This document shows positions 39,942 through 55,442 of a stretch of 64,000 nt of DNA, in pieces. A program made the position numbers and the translations under genes. The DNA comes from Spironucleus salmonicida (lineage: Eukaryota): the NCBI RefSeq assembly GCF_000497125.1, contig NC_090602.1, positions 1,364,001 through 1,428,000 on the forward strand, given 5' to 3'. Within the stretch, counting starts at the first letter, position 1; each line of letters opens with the position of its first letter. Below the pieces are notes generated by a model that was not told the DNA's origin, ran no database searches, and saw only the letters and a list, made by a program, of their open reading frames with translations.

Positions 39942-42542
39942 ATGCAGGGCCGTCACTCAAAGTTAGGTAAAGGACGTAAGGATATGTATTATTACTTAGC
40001 CAAAGAAACTGGTTATCGCTCTCGTGCAGCTTTTAAATTATTATAATTAGAAAAGAAGTATGGTTTCCTTTCAGATAGTAAGACATGCTTAGATTTATGC
40101 GCTGCTCCAGGTGGTTGGTCTCAAGTAGCCGTCAAACATATGCCAGTTGGATCTAGAGTTATTGCTGTTGATTTAGATCCCATTAAAGATATATCTGGAG
40201 TTACTGCTTTTTAGGGCGATATTACGACAGAGACCACTAGCAACTAAATTAATAAGATTTTAAATGGTGCCATGATTGATGTTTGCGTACATGATGGGGC
40301 TCCTAATGCTTCAGGTGATTATGGACAAGATTCGTATATTTAAAATATTTTAGTTTTATGGGCATTAAAACTTGCTATAAAACATTTAAAGAAAGGTGGT
40401 ACTTTTGTTACAAAAATATTCAGAAATTCTGAATTTTTACAGTTATAGTATGTTTTTAAATAACTTTTTGATAAAGTTGAGACTACTAAGCCCAAATCGT
40501 CACGTGATACTTCCGCCGAAATATTCACAGTATGCTAAGGTTTCAAAAATGTTGAAATTGATGAAAAAATGCTTGATCCCGATGTTGTTTTAAAAGTTGA
40601 AAAATAAGAAAAAGTTGAAAACTTAAAAGGTTTAGTTCAGAAGTTAGATTTGAATACCAAACATAGAACCGGATATGATGATGAATTAACTAAAAAGTAT
40701 TTTGATGTCCTATCTTTTGTTATTTCACCATCTCCAATTGGTTTATTAGCAAAAGCTGGCGAAATCTGTTTCACAGATGATATTTCTACAGACTATCGTT
40801 TTAAACCTCTTGTGAAGTAAATAGAAGGTGATGGTGTAAAGTTTAACAAGCGAATCATTAATTCAATCTAAGAGTATAATAGAATTTAGGAACTTATTAA
40901 ATAGTTAGTACCTAGCGAAGTTGGATAGCTTCTATAGGACGTTAAGGTATTGTCAAAAAGAGATTTGCGAATACTTTTAAAGTGGAGAGAAACGGTTTTG
41001 TCAGAAGTATGTGCTTAGACTGCTATTAATGAAGTTAGATAAGTTGCGGAATTTGAAGAAGAGGAAGTTCAAGAAGATCTAAACCCAGCTTAGAAGTAAG
41101 AAAAAGCTCTATAAGACCAAATTATTAGCAGAGAAAAACAAGCTGTTAGATAAGATAAGAGGACTATCAAAAAGTAAGCCAAAAAGTTGGCAACATTCGA
41201 TGGCGAGAATGTTGACGATATGGCTTCAATGTACTTAAGAAAAGATCTATTTACTATTAAGCAAGCAACAGCTGAGTTCAGAGAAGGCGAAATCTGTGCA
41301 GACTAAGACCAATCAGATTCTGACATCAACGATCCATCGAGACAGAAAATTGGTCACGATATCGAAGTAAACATTGATGCTGACTAAGAGCAGTATCTTG
41401 ATTAGGTTGATGAAAATCTTGATTTCTATTATACATAGTACGCTGATAAGCGTTAAAAACGTGAAAATCGTCTTAAAGAACTTGAAGAAATGGAAAGAAA
41501 AGCCAAAGGTCACGCAGACATTAGAACAGCTGCAGAAGAGTGGTTTAAACAGCGTGAATTCGTTCAAGAAGCTGAGAAGTCTTAGAATTCAGAAGATTTC
41601 AACACCTCCGACGAAGAATTTGCAAATCAATTCCCACTACCAAGAGACCTTTTATCCCGAACAAAAGCCCATGAAAAACGTGTTAAAATGATAGCAAAAC
41701 AGGCCAAAGAACTTGCAAAATCTAGTAAGCAACTTGATGCATTAAAGGACGAGCACCGGTTTGGTGATGTTGGCATCACTGCTACAAAAGATTTTGAAAA
41801 TATGAAAAAAGCTTATGGTATCACCAAAGAAACAGGATTAGGTGAGATTGAAATTTTGAAAAAAGGCGAAGCCGAAGAAGAAGAGGATGTTTATGAAGAC
41901 GAAATAGAAGATGTTTTGGAGGCTGAAACTGAAGCTTTAGACGAAGAAGTTCCAAAATTCAAAGAGGCGAGTCTAGGCAAACAACTTTCTAAAGGTTAAA
42001 TTGAGGCGACTGCTACAAAAATTGCTTTGGCATCATGCATGACCCACAGAAAACGTAGAAGAGAACTGGAAGAATCTGGATACAACAGGCATACTTTCTA
42101 TTTAGATGACGGTGATTAGTTACCAAAATGGTTTTAGGAAGACGAAAAGAAGCACTGCTAGCCGATTAGGCCTTTGAACAGCGATGAGATTTAATAAATT
42201 AAACAAAAGTTATAAGATATGCAGACACAGCCAAGAACAAAGAAGGAGCGTGAAGCTATTGCGCGTAAGAAAGTTAGGACAAATTAGGCCTATACAGCTG
42301 TTTAAGAGAAGACTCAACAAATTATTAATAGAGAAGATTTGACAGAAAGAGAAAAAGTTAAATAGTTAAAATCAGTTTAGAGCAAGCTTTAATAGAAATA
42401 ACAGAAAAAGAGAGTTGTATATAGTAATATTCATAAGGACGTAGCGTCAACTGCTAAAAGTAATAGAAACACTATTTATGTAGATAAACGTGGTAAGAAA
42501 GATTTGAGATAGGAAAAGATCAGAAAAAGAAGAGGGTATTGA
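39942..42542 (+). CDS. SPB1: Spb1/FTSJ3 rRNA 2'-O-methyltransferase, 866 aa
   Basis: [70 protein letters not shown], and C-terminal YNRH..LPKWFQEDEKKH and [10 protein letters not shown]. Confidence 0.96.
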
Positions 42543-42677
42543 GTTATTTTACAGAGAAACATTATTAATTTTATTATATATAGTACTAATATTTGACATA
42601 AAAATTATTATATATTTAAAAACTCACGTAAACCACAATCTTGGTTCTATTTAAAATGTAATATTATATGAATATAA

Positions 42678-43729
<1,052 letters not shown>

Positions 43730-43877
43730 ATTATAATTTTTGTTCTAAATATTTGTGTTGGGTCATTATAATTCTACTTTCCATAATACTCTAATGCTAG
43801 AATTTTTATAATGATTTTTGCTATGTTGCTTTAATATTTTATGTTATTGTTTGTATATATACATTTCCATTCCTATT

Positions 43878-44831
43878 ATGGACTTCTAACAAATTTTTGA
43901 TTTACTTCTAGAAGATAGGTAGGTAGGTTAGGAAGTTGAGTTAGAAGAGGAATTAGTCATGAAAGTATGTTAAAAATTTTAAGAGGTTTACTAAAATCAG
44001 TCTGCAGTTCAAGATATAACTTCAGAATAATGCTATATTGTAGGAGATGTTCATGGTTAATTTTATGACGTAGTTAACTATTTTAAGACACTTGCTTTGC
44101 CATCTGTTGCAAATTATATATTTCTTGGAGATTACGTAGATAGAGGTGTTCAATCCGTGGAAACTGTTATGCTTTTATTTTTGGCTAAAATTTTATTCCC
44201 ATCTAATATTACGCTTTTAAGAGGAAATCATGAACAGGAGTCTTAGTGTTGCAGTCAAAACTACGCATTTCCTTTTATTACTGAGGTCGAAGAACGATTT
44301 GATAATTATGAGTCTGTCATGAAAGTATTCCTACGTTCATTTGAATTTTTACCTCTAGTTGCAGTTCTTAATAAAAAAGTATTATGCGTTCATGGATGCA
44401 TCCCTTCATTTATTCGGTCTTTAAATCCGTATAGAGAGATAAATTTACCTGTTTAATCTAATTAGCTTTAGAGTAATATAATTTAACATTTATTGTGGTC
44501 AGATATTGTTAGGACTGCCATTATTGATGCTGAAATTGAATTTAATGGCGAAGTTTTCTCTATCACATCTAACCCAAGGCGAGGTGTTGGTGAGTAAGTT
44601 CCAGAGGGGAAAATTTTGAAATTTTTAGAAGAAAATAATATGGAAGTTTTGTTTAGAGGCCATGAGGCTGCTAGGGATGGTGCAGAAATAGGAGTTTCTG
44701 GACGTGTTTTTACAATATTTGGAGCCACAAACTACTATAAAACAAACTAATGTGATGGAGCAGTTGTAGCTTTAATCGATGGCGAAACTATTAATTTTGA
44801 GATATTCAGATCAGATTATGTTGAAAAGTGA
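43878..44831 (+). CDS. Ser/Thr protein phosphatase, PPP family, 317 aa
   Basis: GDVHGQ (Q = TAA), [33 protein letters not shown]. Confidence 0.95.
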
Positions 44832-44842
44832 ACTCTATATAT

Positions 44843-46330
44843 TCACTCTATTTGTTCATCTAACTATTATTTTTCAAATCGAGGTACCTATAAAAATGCC
44901 GCCAAGCATACTTTTTACAATATATGCATAAAAGGCCCGATATTCGAATTTGACGATATTTCTATCATTGAAAGCTCCTAAATTGTCATATTTTATGATA
45001 TTGCCATTGATACCAGATCAACTAACCCAGTAGAGTCGCGAGTTCCCATAATTTAGCACCCTAATATTTTAAATGTAACCTCTGAAAAAATTATAATAAT
45101 AGATGAAATATCATCTTCAGTTGGAGTAAAATTTCGTATTATATCTTCTGAAAGCATAATTTTAGCAATATTTTATATTCCCATTGTATCAGAAGATATA
45201 CCTGTGCACGCTAATGCAAAACTAAAAATTTATATCCCAAATGAACCCTGCGTACCTTACATAGTGATATCTTTTCCTAAAATCTGATATGCTGCTACAG
45301 CACCTTATCTAATAGCATGCGTAGCTAAAGGTAAATACAAATCTTACTTAACTGAATTATTAAATATTTAGCAGCAATCCCCAGCTGCATACACATTAAG
45401 AATACTAGTTTCTTGTTTTGAATTAACTTAAAGAGCTGTATTATTATGTTTCAATATTTTCAAATTATCACTTTATAATACCATTTTAGTATTTGGTGAG
45501 AAACCTGCAGCTAGTATAACAAATTCAGCTTCAATTTATTGGTCTCCAAATAAAATACATACTCCAGTATCAGTAGATTCGACAGATTTGATCTATTGTC
45601 CAAGAAAAAGTTCTGCACCTTTCGTCAGAAATTCATCCTAAATAATATCGGTATAAAACTCTTCAAAATATTTTTACATTATTCTTTATGACTGGTCTAT
45701 TAGCTTTACTTTGGCTTTAACTTCCGTAAGTGCATATGCCAGCTCTGTACCAATGTGGCCAGCTCCTAAAATTGCTACGGTTTTGAATTTTAGTTTCAGC
45801 AATTTAAGAGTGTCATTATAATTTTTACAAAATAGAATTCTGGGAGAATTCATTTTGATAAGTTTTGGTAAATACTGTTTTGAGCCTGTCGCTATAATTA
45901 ATTTATCATAATTGATACTACCTAGTAAACACGTAGATTAATTTTTAAAATACACTATCCTTGCTCCATAATCAATCTATTAGACTTCTGTATTATCTTA
46001 AACCTCAATATCTAATGATTTTAATGTTGCAATTGAGTTATAGAACATTTAATTTAAATTTGTGCATACTCCCATAAGAGCCAAATGAATTCCGCATGAT
46101 AGAAATGAAATAGTTTAATTTTTTTCAAAAATCGTTATTTGGATTGCTTTGGACCCATTTCTTAAGACTGCAGCCGCTACTGTTCCTGCATGAGTGCATC
46201 CAATAATGACAACGTGATTTGATACCTATTTCTATATTATTGGTATATCTAAATCTAAACTTAAATCTATATCTTTTTCATTTTAAAACTTGGGTTAGGC
46301 ATACTAAAGTTATATTTGTCCACATCCCAT
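44843..46330 (-). CDS. NADH oxidase (Nox/Npx/CoADR-type flavoprotein) paralog A with MGC N-terminal extension, 495 aa
   Basis: IIGCTHAG, ISFLSCGIHL (redox Cys), YDKLIIATGS, GAGHIGTELA, TSILNVYAAGDC, LPLATHAIRQG. Confidence 0.93.
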
Positions 46331-46513
46331 TCACAAATTACTACAATTTCATCTTATTCTATATATAATTTAATCTGCACTAAAAACGCAAAAAATCATA
46401 CATCATAAATTATATAAAATTAATAATAATGTTATTGTTTATAGTTAGAATACTCTGATAGAGTATTAAATCGTTTTAATAAAAAGTGATAAATGTTTAA
46501 TACAATATGTCAC

Positions 46514-48019
46514 TCATTGATTTTAAGACAAAACTTACTAAGACCCCTCATCGTCAGTATTTTCTAAGAATACTGGAATTTAAATTGAAGAAACTAAACA
46601 TATCTATTATACTAAAGATAAAAACTGGGAAATTCTTGGATTGTAACACCACTCCGACATTCCAAGTTCATTAACTGTCATATTTGCACTAATAGCCAGT
46701 GAAACTACATCGATAAACCCAGTTAAGTCGAGCGAAGATATCACTTAGCAACCTAAAATTGCACGTGATTCTTCATTATATAACAGCGTTATTGAGCCAA
46801 TAAAATCATCGTTGTGTTAAAAATTACGAATTATTTACTCTGAAAGCACGAGTTTTGACACATTTTTCATTTACTAATGTGCAGCTTCTTCCATACTCAG
46901 CCCTGTACATGCGATGCAATAATCAAAAATATGCATTCCAAAAGACCCCTACGTGCCATGTGCTTATATATGTTCATACCCAAGCATCTAGTATGCAGCA
47001 ATTGTACCCTACCTGATCGCATTTGTAGCAAGCGGAGAGTAAACGTTACTTTAGCTAATATTATGACGAATACAGCAACAATCACCGGCGGCATAAACGT
47101 TCGCAATACTAGTTTCCTGCTTTGAATTTACATCAATAACGTAATTAGTATGTTTCATCTGCTTCAAAACATCTGACTAGAAAACAATTTTGTTATTCGG
47201 TGCGAATCCGGCTGCCAGAATCACGTAATCCACCTCGATTCGCTATTTACCGTATACAATCTCAACTCCATTTTCTGTGCAGTTCACATCCTTGATTTCA
47301 TCATTCAAAAGAATTTTGCAGCCCCGCTCCTCGAATTGCTCTTCAAGTATATCGGTATAAAAGTCAATAAAATACTTTTAAAGAATTCTAGAGGATTAGT
47401 CAATTAGGTAGACCTGACTATTGGACACAGTGAACGCATATGCAAGCTCCGCTCCGATTGGCCCAGCACCCAATATTGCAATTTTCGAGTCCCGAAGAGC
47501 GAGCAATTTATGAGTATCGTCATAGTTTTTGCACCATAAAATACGGTTATTTGCGTTGCGAAGGAAACGCGGAATCTACGGTTTTGAGCCTAGCGAAATA
47601 ATCAATTTGTCGTACTCTTCTGTCAAAAGTTAGTCAGTTCTTAGGTCTTTGTAGAAGACTGTTCTTGTACCGTAATCAATTTATTACACCTCACAGAGAT
47701 AGTTTACGATAATACCACTTTGTTTCAAGTTGTCTACTGAGTTATAGAACATTTTGTCAATGTTTGCGCAGTTATCCATGATGGCCAGGTGAATCCCACA
47801 TTATAGGAAAGAAATGCAGTTATTTCGCTCGAAAACTGTTATTTTCATGCGCTTGTCGAAGTTTCGAAGCGTGACGGCGGCTGCCGTGCCTGCATGAGCA
47901 GATCCAATGATACACACTCGAAGTGGAGTTATTTTCTTAGCTAGTACTGGCTTTTCTAAGTTTTCTTCATATAGGATATCATTGGGAGGTTTTTGGGAAA
48001 GCTAGGTGGCACAGCCCAT
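46514..48019 (-). CDS. NADH oxidase paralog B with MGC N-terminal extension, 501 aa
   Basis: IIGSAHAG, ISFLQCGIHL, YDKLIISLGS, GAGPIGAELA, VYAAGDCC, PLATNAIRSG. Confidence 0.93.
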
Positions 48020-48044
48020 TTAAATTAAAGAAAAGTAAAATCTC

Positions 48045-48401
48045 TCATTCGCCTCTTTATGCTGTTTTAATCATTTCCTCAACTTTTGACTCAGCTTCTT
48101 TAACCTTACCGCTAACATAGGAAATAGTTCCAGTAATAAGCTGAATATCTTTCTTATCTTTCTCAGTATTGACATTCATAACTTACTTTAGTTCATCAGT
48201 ATTCATGACAAAGTAAGCTTTACCAGCATTTTTATAAAGGGTAGCTGAAGGAGACTCATTTAAAGCATTCAAAGTTACATCGCGGTGTTTAACCTCAGCA
48301 TTCAATTACTGAAGTTATCCCTATAACTATTCTTATTGACGCATAAATGCTAACATTGATGACTGAGCATTAACAAATTCTTATTAAAAGTTACCGTCCA
48401 T
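48045..48401 (-). CDS. Prefoldin beta-type subunit (PFDN1-like), 118 aa
   Basis: Coiled coil, then TLNALNE...LYKNAGKAYF hairpin, then coiled coil with SYV. Confidence 0.8.
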
Positions 48402-48485
48402 TTCAAAATTTATGGAACGATTACTTAAAATCATTATATTATTATTATACGATATTATATATAACCGCGCTATTTGAATTACAAA

Positions 48486-51400
48486 ATGTCTATGTACTCA
48501 GAATCTAATTTCGGCTCATCATCGTTAATACGAAAGGCTACAAAGGTGCCTGCAAAAAAAACTTTAAAATCCCCATCTGGATTGAAGAAGTCTGCCACAA
48601 CAAAACTTAAATCAGCAAAATCTAGTAGTGTCAATGTACTCTAAACAGATCGAATTGAAGAATTGGAGGATGACCTCTAGTAGCTCTAAGAATTTACTGA
48701 GTAACTGTAATCTGAGTTGTAGGATAAAGTGCGTGGATATGAATAACTTCTTACATAACAAAAAGAAAAAACAAGCACTATAGTATAATAAAATTCTCGA
48801 GATATCAAAGAATAAAAATAGTAAATAGAATAAAAAGCAGAAGAAATTAAACATTTTTAAGACGAAAAATCCCAGCTTATGGCTAAACTTTAATAGTAAA
48901 ATTTTGATATTTAATCAAACATCAATTTAATTTAAAATCATGAAAAATAATATATGTAAATAGAGTTTGACTTCAATAATTTAAAAGCATAACTTTCGGA
49001 GACTTAAAAGAAAACATTGGTCTTTGAATAGGATAATGTTAAACTTTCTTCAATGTTATAAAAGTGCCAATTTACAATCGAGTAGGCTGAACTATCAAGA
49101 TAAAACTTCGATAAAACAATCAGTGATCTTAGTTATGAAAAAGCTGAATTAGAAACGACACTAAATAAATATAAGGTGAATGTTAGTAAAGCAAAAAATA
49201 AAATAACCGAGCTTTCAGAAGAGAATAATTATCTAAAAGAATCAAAGGCTAAGTTTTTAAGCCAATTTTAGAAAGTTAAAGATATGTGTAAAACAAGCTA
49301 AGTTAATTTAAAGGAAGTATAAGAAAAATTTGCGAATTTGGAACATATTGTTTCTTAAAAAGATAAGAAAATAGTAATTTTGTCGGCATAAGTGGATGAT
49401 AACTAAGAAAAAATTAATTAAATGAAATAGTAAGTAACTCAGAAGGTTTAGAAGTAATACTAGGTAAAGCTAGAAGAATTGCATGTTTAAAGTAATTAAA
49501 AAATTCAAGAACTACAGGAAAAACTAGATTTTTAAGTCAAAAAAATGTAAGATGAAAATAACAAAAGCAAAACTTCAGAATAACAAATAATTGATTTACA
49601 AAGTTAAATGTAATAACTGCAAATTTAGTATAATTAAAAGCAATAAGAATACTTGTCTATAAATACATAACTTACAGAATTTAAAGTACGTTGTGCAACT
49701 AAGGATACACTCCTCGAGGATACTCAAGTTTAAATTGAAAAACTAAGGTACCATAGTGTATTTTAATCTAATAATAACGAAAGCTCTACTAGTGAATAAA
49801 AGGGTCAAATTTTGTAGTTAAAGTCGCTGTACGAAGATTTGAAACATAAATTAAATCAAGAGAGAATGAAATAGGACGATCAACATCTATCAAGTTCTTA
49901 AACGGTTATGAATACAGTTAAAGAATTATCTGGTTAGAATACATTATTATAAGATGAATTATTAACTGTTAAGAAATAGTTATAAGAGTAAACTCATACT
50001 TAATAAACTGGATAATAATTATAGCTGTAAGCAAAATAAAAATTAGAAGAAACTGAAAGATAGCTTAAGTATGTTAAGACAGAGCGTGACTAACTATAAT
50101 TTAATAATTAGAGATTGAAAACTGAACTTAATTAAATTTTAGATGATCTGCAAAGAACGTAGTCTAATTATAATTCCTTAGAGCAAACTGTATCTAAGAA
50201 TGATGAAGATGGATCTGTTTAGTTCTTATTAAAGTAATAGAAAGATGAAATGCTTGAAATGCAGAATTAGATAAATGATTATAAAACCTAAATAAATTAA
50301 AGCTTATCATAGTTGTAATTAATTGAAAAAGATAAGGTTGAATTATCTTCAACAATAGAATAATTAGAAAACGAAAAGGATTCACTAAAATAATAAATAA
50401 ATAGTTTAAATGTACAAATTTAGTCATTTAATACGCAATAGTTAGATTTTTAAAACTAAATATAGGTGTTTAACGAATTTAAAGGTAAGCATTTAGATTG
50501 TATGGAAAAATAGCAGTAATTGTCTCAATTTGATCATGAAAATAAAATACTGAAAGCGTAGCTTAAAGAAAAGCATAACGAATTAAAAGAGCTTGTAGTT
50601 TCATAATTATAAGCAAAAGAATAATTATAGGCATAGAAACAATCTTAGGTGATGGTAGCTGAATAATAACTTAATAATGCACCTTAGCATACATCTTAAC
50701 TATCAGAATCATAATTAAATATGAACAAACAGTAATATCTTTGTGAGAATAATCAATGTCCACATTTATAATAAAATGAGCTATTATAGAACATGTTAAC
50801 AGACTTACAAAATAAATACTACACTCTTTAGTAAGATATTACAACATCACAAATAAGTTAGGTTAATTCGATCGAAAGTACGGATCTAGCCAGAATATAA
50901 CAATAATATGAAGAATCGCAAGCAGATCTTCGTAAACTATACGAAGACTAAATGGTTGTTCTTCATGATCAAATTGCAGATTTAACCTTAGAAGTGCAAG
51001 ATTTCAGATAGAAATACCCTTCGCTAGAACAAGAGAGGGATTTCCACCAAATGAAGAATTTTGAACATGAAAATGAAATTTAGTTCTTAAAACAGCAACT
51101 GTCAGACGTATAAAATTAGTACAATCAAGACCTTTCTGAGTAAACAAAATATTAATTTGCAAACGAAAAATTCCAGCAATAAATTATTACTTTATAAAAC
51201 GACATAGATCACTTAAATGAAGCATTAACTGACAAATCTTAATAATCATAAAATCTCTAATTACGCATTACTGATCTCTAATAGCAATTAGAAGACCATA
51301 ATCAAGTTTTAGCCAAAAACAACTAATTAATCCTTGAAAAGCAGCACATCGAATCATCTCTAAACTTAGTTTAATCCAAATTTTCAGAGCAAGAAAACCG

Positions 51401-52733
51401 CCTTCTTTACTTGGCTGAAAAAGAACACCAAATCGTCATTTTGGAGTAAGATTCACAAAATTTGCAGCTTGATATTTTGAATTTCAAGAAAATTAATGAT
51501 GGCTTAACTGTCGAAATTCAGGACAATTTTGCGCAAATTCAGACCCTATAGAAGTAAATTTAAGAAAGTGATGCTCTTCACGCACAATTTTAGACAAAAC
51601 TGCTCAAATTACATTTTTTGGAGTAGGAAAATGCCAAAATGAAAGGAATGAGCGACTAAATTATCGCTCTGACGATTAAATTATCAGCTTTAGAAATGGA
51701 AAAAATCAACCAATCTAAGTATTTAAACGTCGTAACCGAAGAGAAACTGAAGCTATAGTCGTCGAATTTGCTCCTTTTGAACCTCCATAAATCAGCCATT
51801 CAATCGAAGCTTTAGCTTAATTTTACAACTGATATAAGCGCTCTTTATGCCCAAATTCGTGTTAATGACACCCAGAAGTCCTGGAATTTAACGTTGCAAG
51901 AGGTAAAAATGCTGATCGAAGCGAAGTACATTTCGAACAAATCCATGAAAGATTTCGTCCTGAAGTACCTGAATACGCAAATTAAGACCGATCTGACGAC
52001 CTCTTTCCACACCGGCGAGGCCGACTTTTTCCGAATCGAGGAGCTCTCAAACTTCTCGGATTCGCTCAAATTGCAGATCCAGAAGGCCGGAATTGACGAC
52101 TGCGAGGAGCAGTTCGCGATGCTGAAACAGATTTTTCAGCTCGTGAAGCTGCTCCAAAACCACATTTTCGTCATCAAAAATCTGGCCGTTTTGCTCGGAA
52201 TTCCGAGCGATTTCACGCGCGATAAGGCGCTGCTGAACCTGGACTTCCTGACGATTCTGAAGGACGCGCAAAACGCGCAGAATCTGCTCTACTCGCCGCA
52301 CATTTCGGACTACCTTTTCGTGTACTACTACAGCCAGGCCGTGCTCCAGAAGGTCAAGAGCAGCTGGGCGCGCTGCGAATAGCGCGTTGTGGAGCTTCTG
52401 GGCGAGGGGCTCGAGCTCGTGCGGCTTGAAAAATGCGCCGAATTCGGCGCTATCTGCAGCGAGCGCGTGCTGCAACGCGGCGGGTTCCTGCAGCGGACGA
52501 GTTTGTACGCTGGGGACGCGCTGGGGCGGCCGATCGAGCTGGGGGCGTACTACAGCGTTTTGGCGTTCCTGTTCCTGCTGGACGGCTGTGGGTAATGCGG
52601 GACGCGCGTGTGCAGCGGCATGAGCGCGATTTTGGGCGAAAATGACGACCTGGAGTACGAGCTTTTCTATCCTGCGTGGGTAGGCGCCGACGGCGAGGTT
52701 GTGGCCAAGGGTAAAGGTAAGGTAATCAGATGA
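48486..52733 (+). CDS. Long coiled-coil protein with a globular C-terminal domain, 1415 aa
   Basis: One frame from ATG 48486 that joins track ORFs 51894-52382 and 52389-52595 through TAG/TAA = Gln. Ends FYPAWVGADGEVVAKGKGKVIR*. Confidence 0.8.
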
Positions 52734-53191
52734 GCTCGGCTGGAAAGCGCGGGTTGGTGATGGGGAAAGTGTTATATGAGTGATGATTTTTGAAAAATTC
52801 TGCTTAATAGATTGTTAAAAGGTTTTAGTAAAGAATTTTACACATGGGGATAAAGTACGGCTAAAAGTAAATAGTGTCGATTTAAGTTTTAAGATTATGA
52901 AACTTGCGAGATTTGGCGAGAAGTGAGAAAGATTTTTTGTCTGGAGAAGTTCAGCACGAGAATTTTTAGTGATGAACAAAATATAGGTAGATAAATCCTT
53001 TATTGGTGTTCATCATGGGTCTGAATTGGACTAGTGAAATTTAAGGATCGCTTACGCTATAAGATCAATGCTAAGTTTGCATTTTATTCTCGAAAATAGT
53101 GGTAAGGGCTGACTATTAAATAATTTTTATGCTAAGTAGATTAATATATTGAGCTTTAAGGATTATAACAATATTAAAATGGAAATATAAG

Positions 53192-54249
<1,058 letters not shown>

Positions 54250-54473
54250 TTAACTTTAATTATATAAATAATAGATTTGAGTTATAGGAGGTTTTTGTGG
54301 TTTATATAATAACTTAAATATTCTATTGTATATAATAATCATAATATAATAAACTATGTTAATATATTCTTATTTAATTATTAGAATGTTAGATTTATGA
54401 TAGCAATAATTATTAAAAATATTATATTAAATTAAATTGATTACATATCATAAACCATTATTTGAGACATTAA

Positions 54474-55022
54474 ATGTAAAATTTACCAAAACCTAGAGCA
54501 GCATCCCCAGTACGACTGATCAAGCCATAATCTGTTCCCAAACCTGTGCAGCATAGATCATTATCTCCTATTAGAAAAACATCTGCTAAACCTGACTCAT
54601 TTTCAGGGGCAGGTGTTAATTTCTCATCAAGATATGAGTACCTATTACCGAAACCACCTGTAGTATTACTAGAATCTGCATAATTAGCATAAATTCTAAA
54701 TTATACTCCAAGTGATAGAGATCTCCTTTAAGCTGACATATGTGATTTTGATATTAATGTTGAATAGGGTATACCATTTTCTGGTAGCATCAGAGTAGAG
54801 AGAAGATGGGCATAAACTTAACAGTTAAAAGAAAGATAAATTAATGCAGAAATTTATAATAAAATCAAACAAGATTAAATCGCATATAATTATGATTAAG
54901 ACTTTAAAAACTATGAATAAGGCTCTAAATAGTCTATTATGTTAACAGATATAAATAATGATGATTAAGAAGAAATTAAAGAGGTTTAGGATCTTAATGA
55001 TATCCTTCCAGTAACTTAATGA
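54474..55022 (+). CDS. Hypothetical protein with POLD4/p12-like motif, 182 aa
   Basis: Pro/Ser/Arg-rich N-terminus, then DFDINVEQGIPFSGSIRVERRWAQ. Confidence 0.55.
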
Positions 55023-55442
55023 TTGTACTATATTTTTATGTCTATTATTTGAATTTCATCGACTAATAATTCGTACATATTTGCTATTTATAATTAAAAT
55101 TTGTGCAGATTATCCTGATGATTTCATTCTAGATATGTCATTTATATTCAAATTATTTATTAATAAACTACCAGTGGGTTTAAATAACTAGAAAAATCAC
55201 CCAACTTAAATAAGTTATTTCTAACCATTATCAGTTTTAACACCTATAATAAATTCATATACTTCGAGAATCATTATTGAATGTTTAACTGATTTTTGAT
55301 TTTAAACATAGAAGGAAACTATAACAACTAGATATTAATATTATTTCAAGTATTAATGTAGTAGATGAATGATAATTCATGAATATTTTACAATATAACA
55401 TCTACATGGCTATAAATTTATTAGTTAAAGTAATGTATTAGA

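Noticed and set aside
43965-44000. Intron-like 36-mer GTATGT...ACTAAAATCAG in the phosphatase gene
   Set aside because: It is in frame and encodes VCQKFQEVYQNQ, which aligns with the conserved PPP helix (cf. LCLKSREIFLSQ). Splicing would delete needed sequence.
52047-52645. Track ORFs in alternative frames in the GC-rich segment
   Set aside because: They overlap the 3' end of the 48486-52733 CDS and are GC-driven artefacts.
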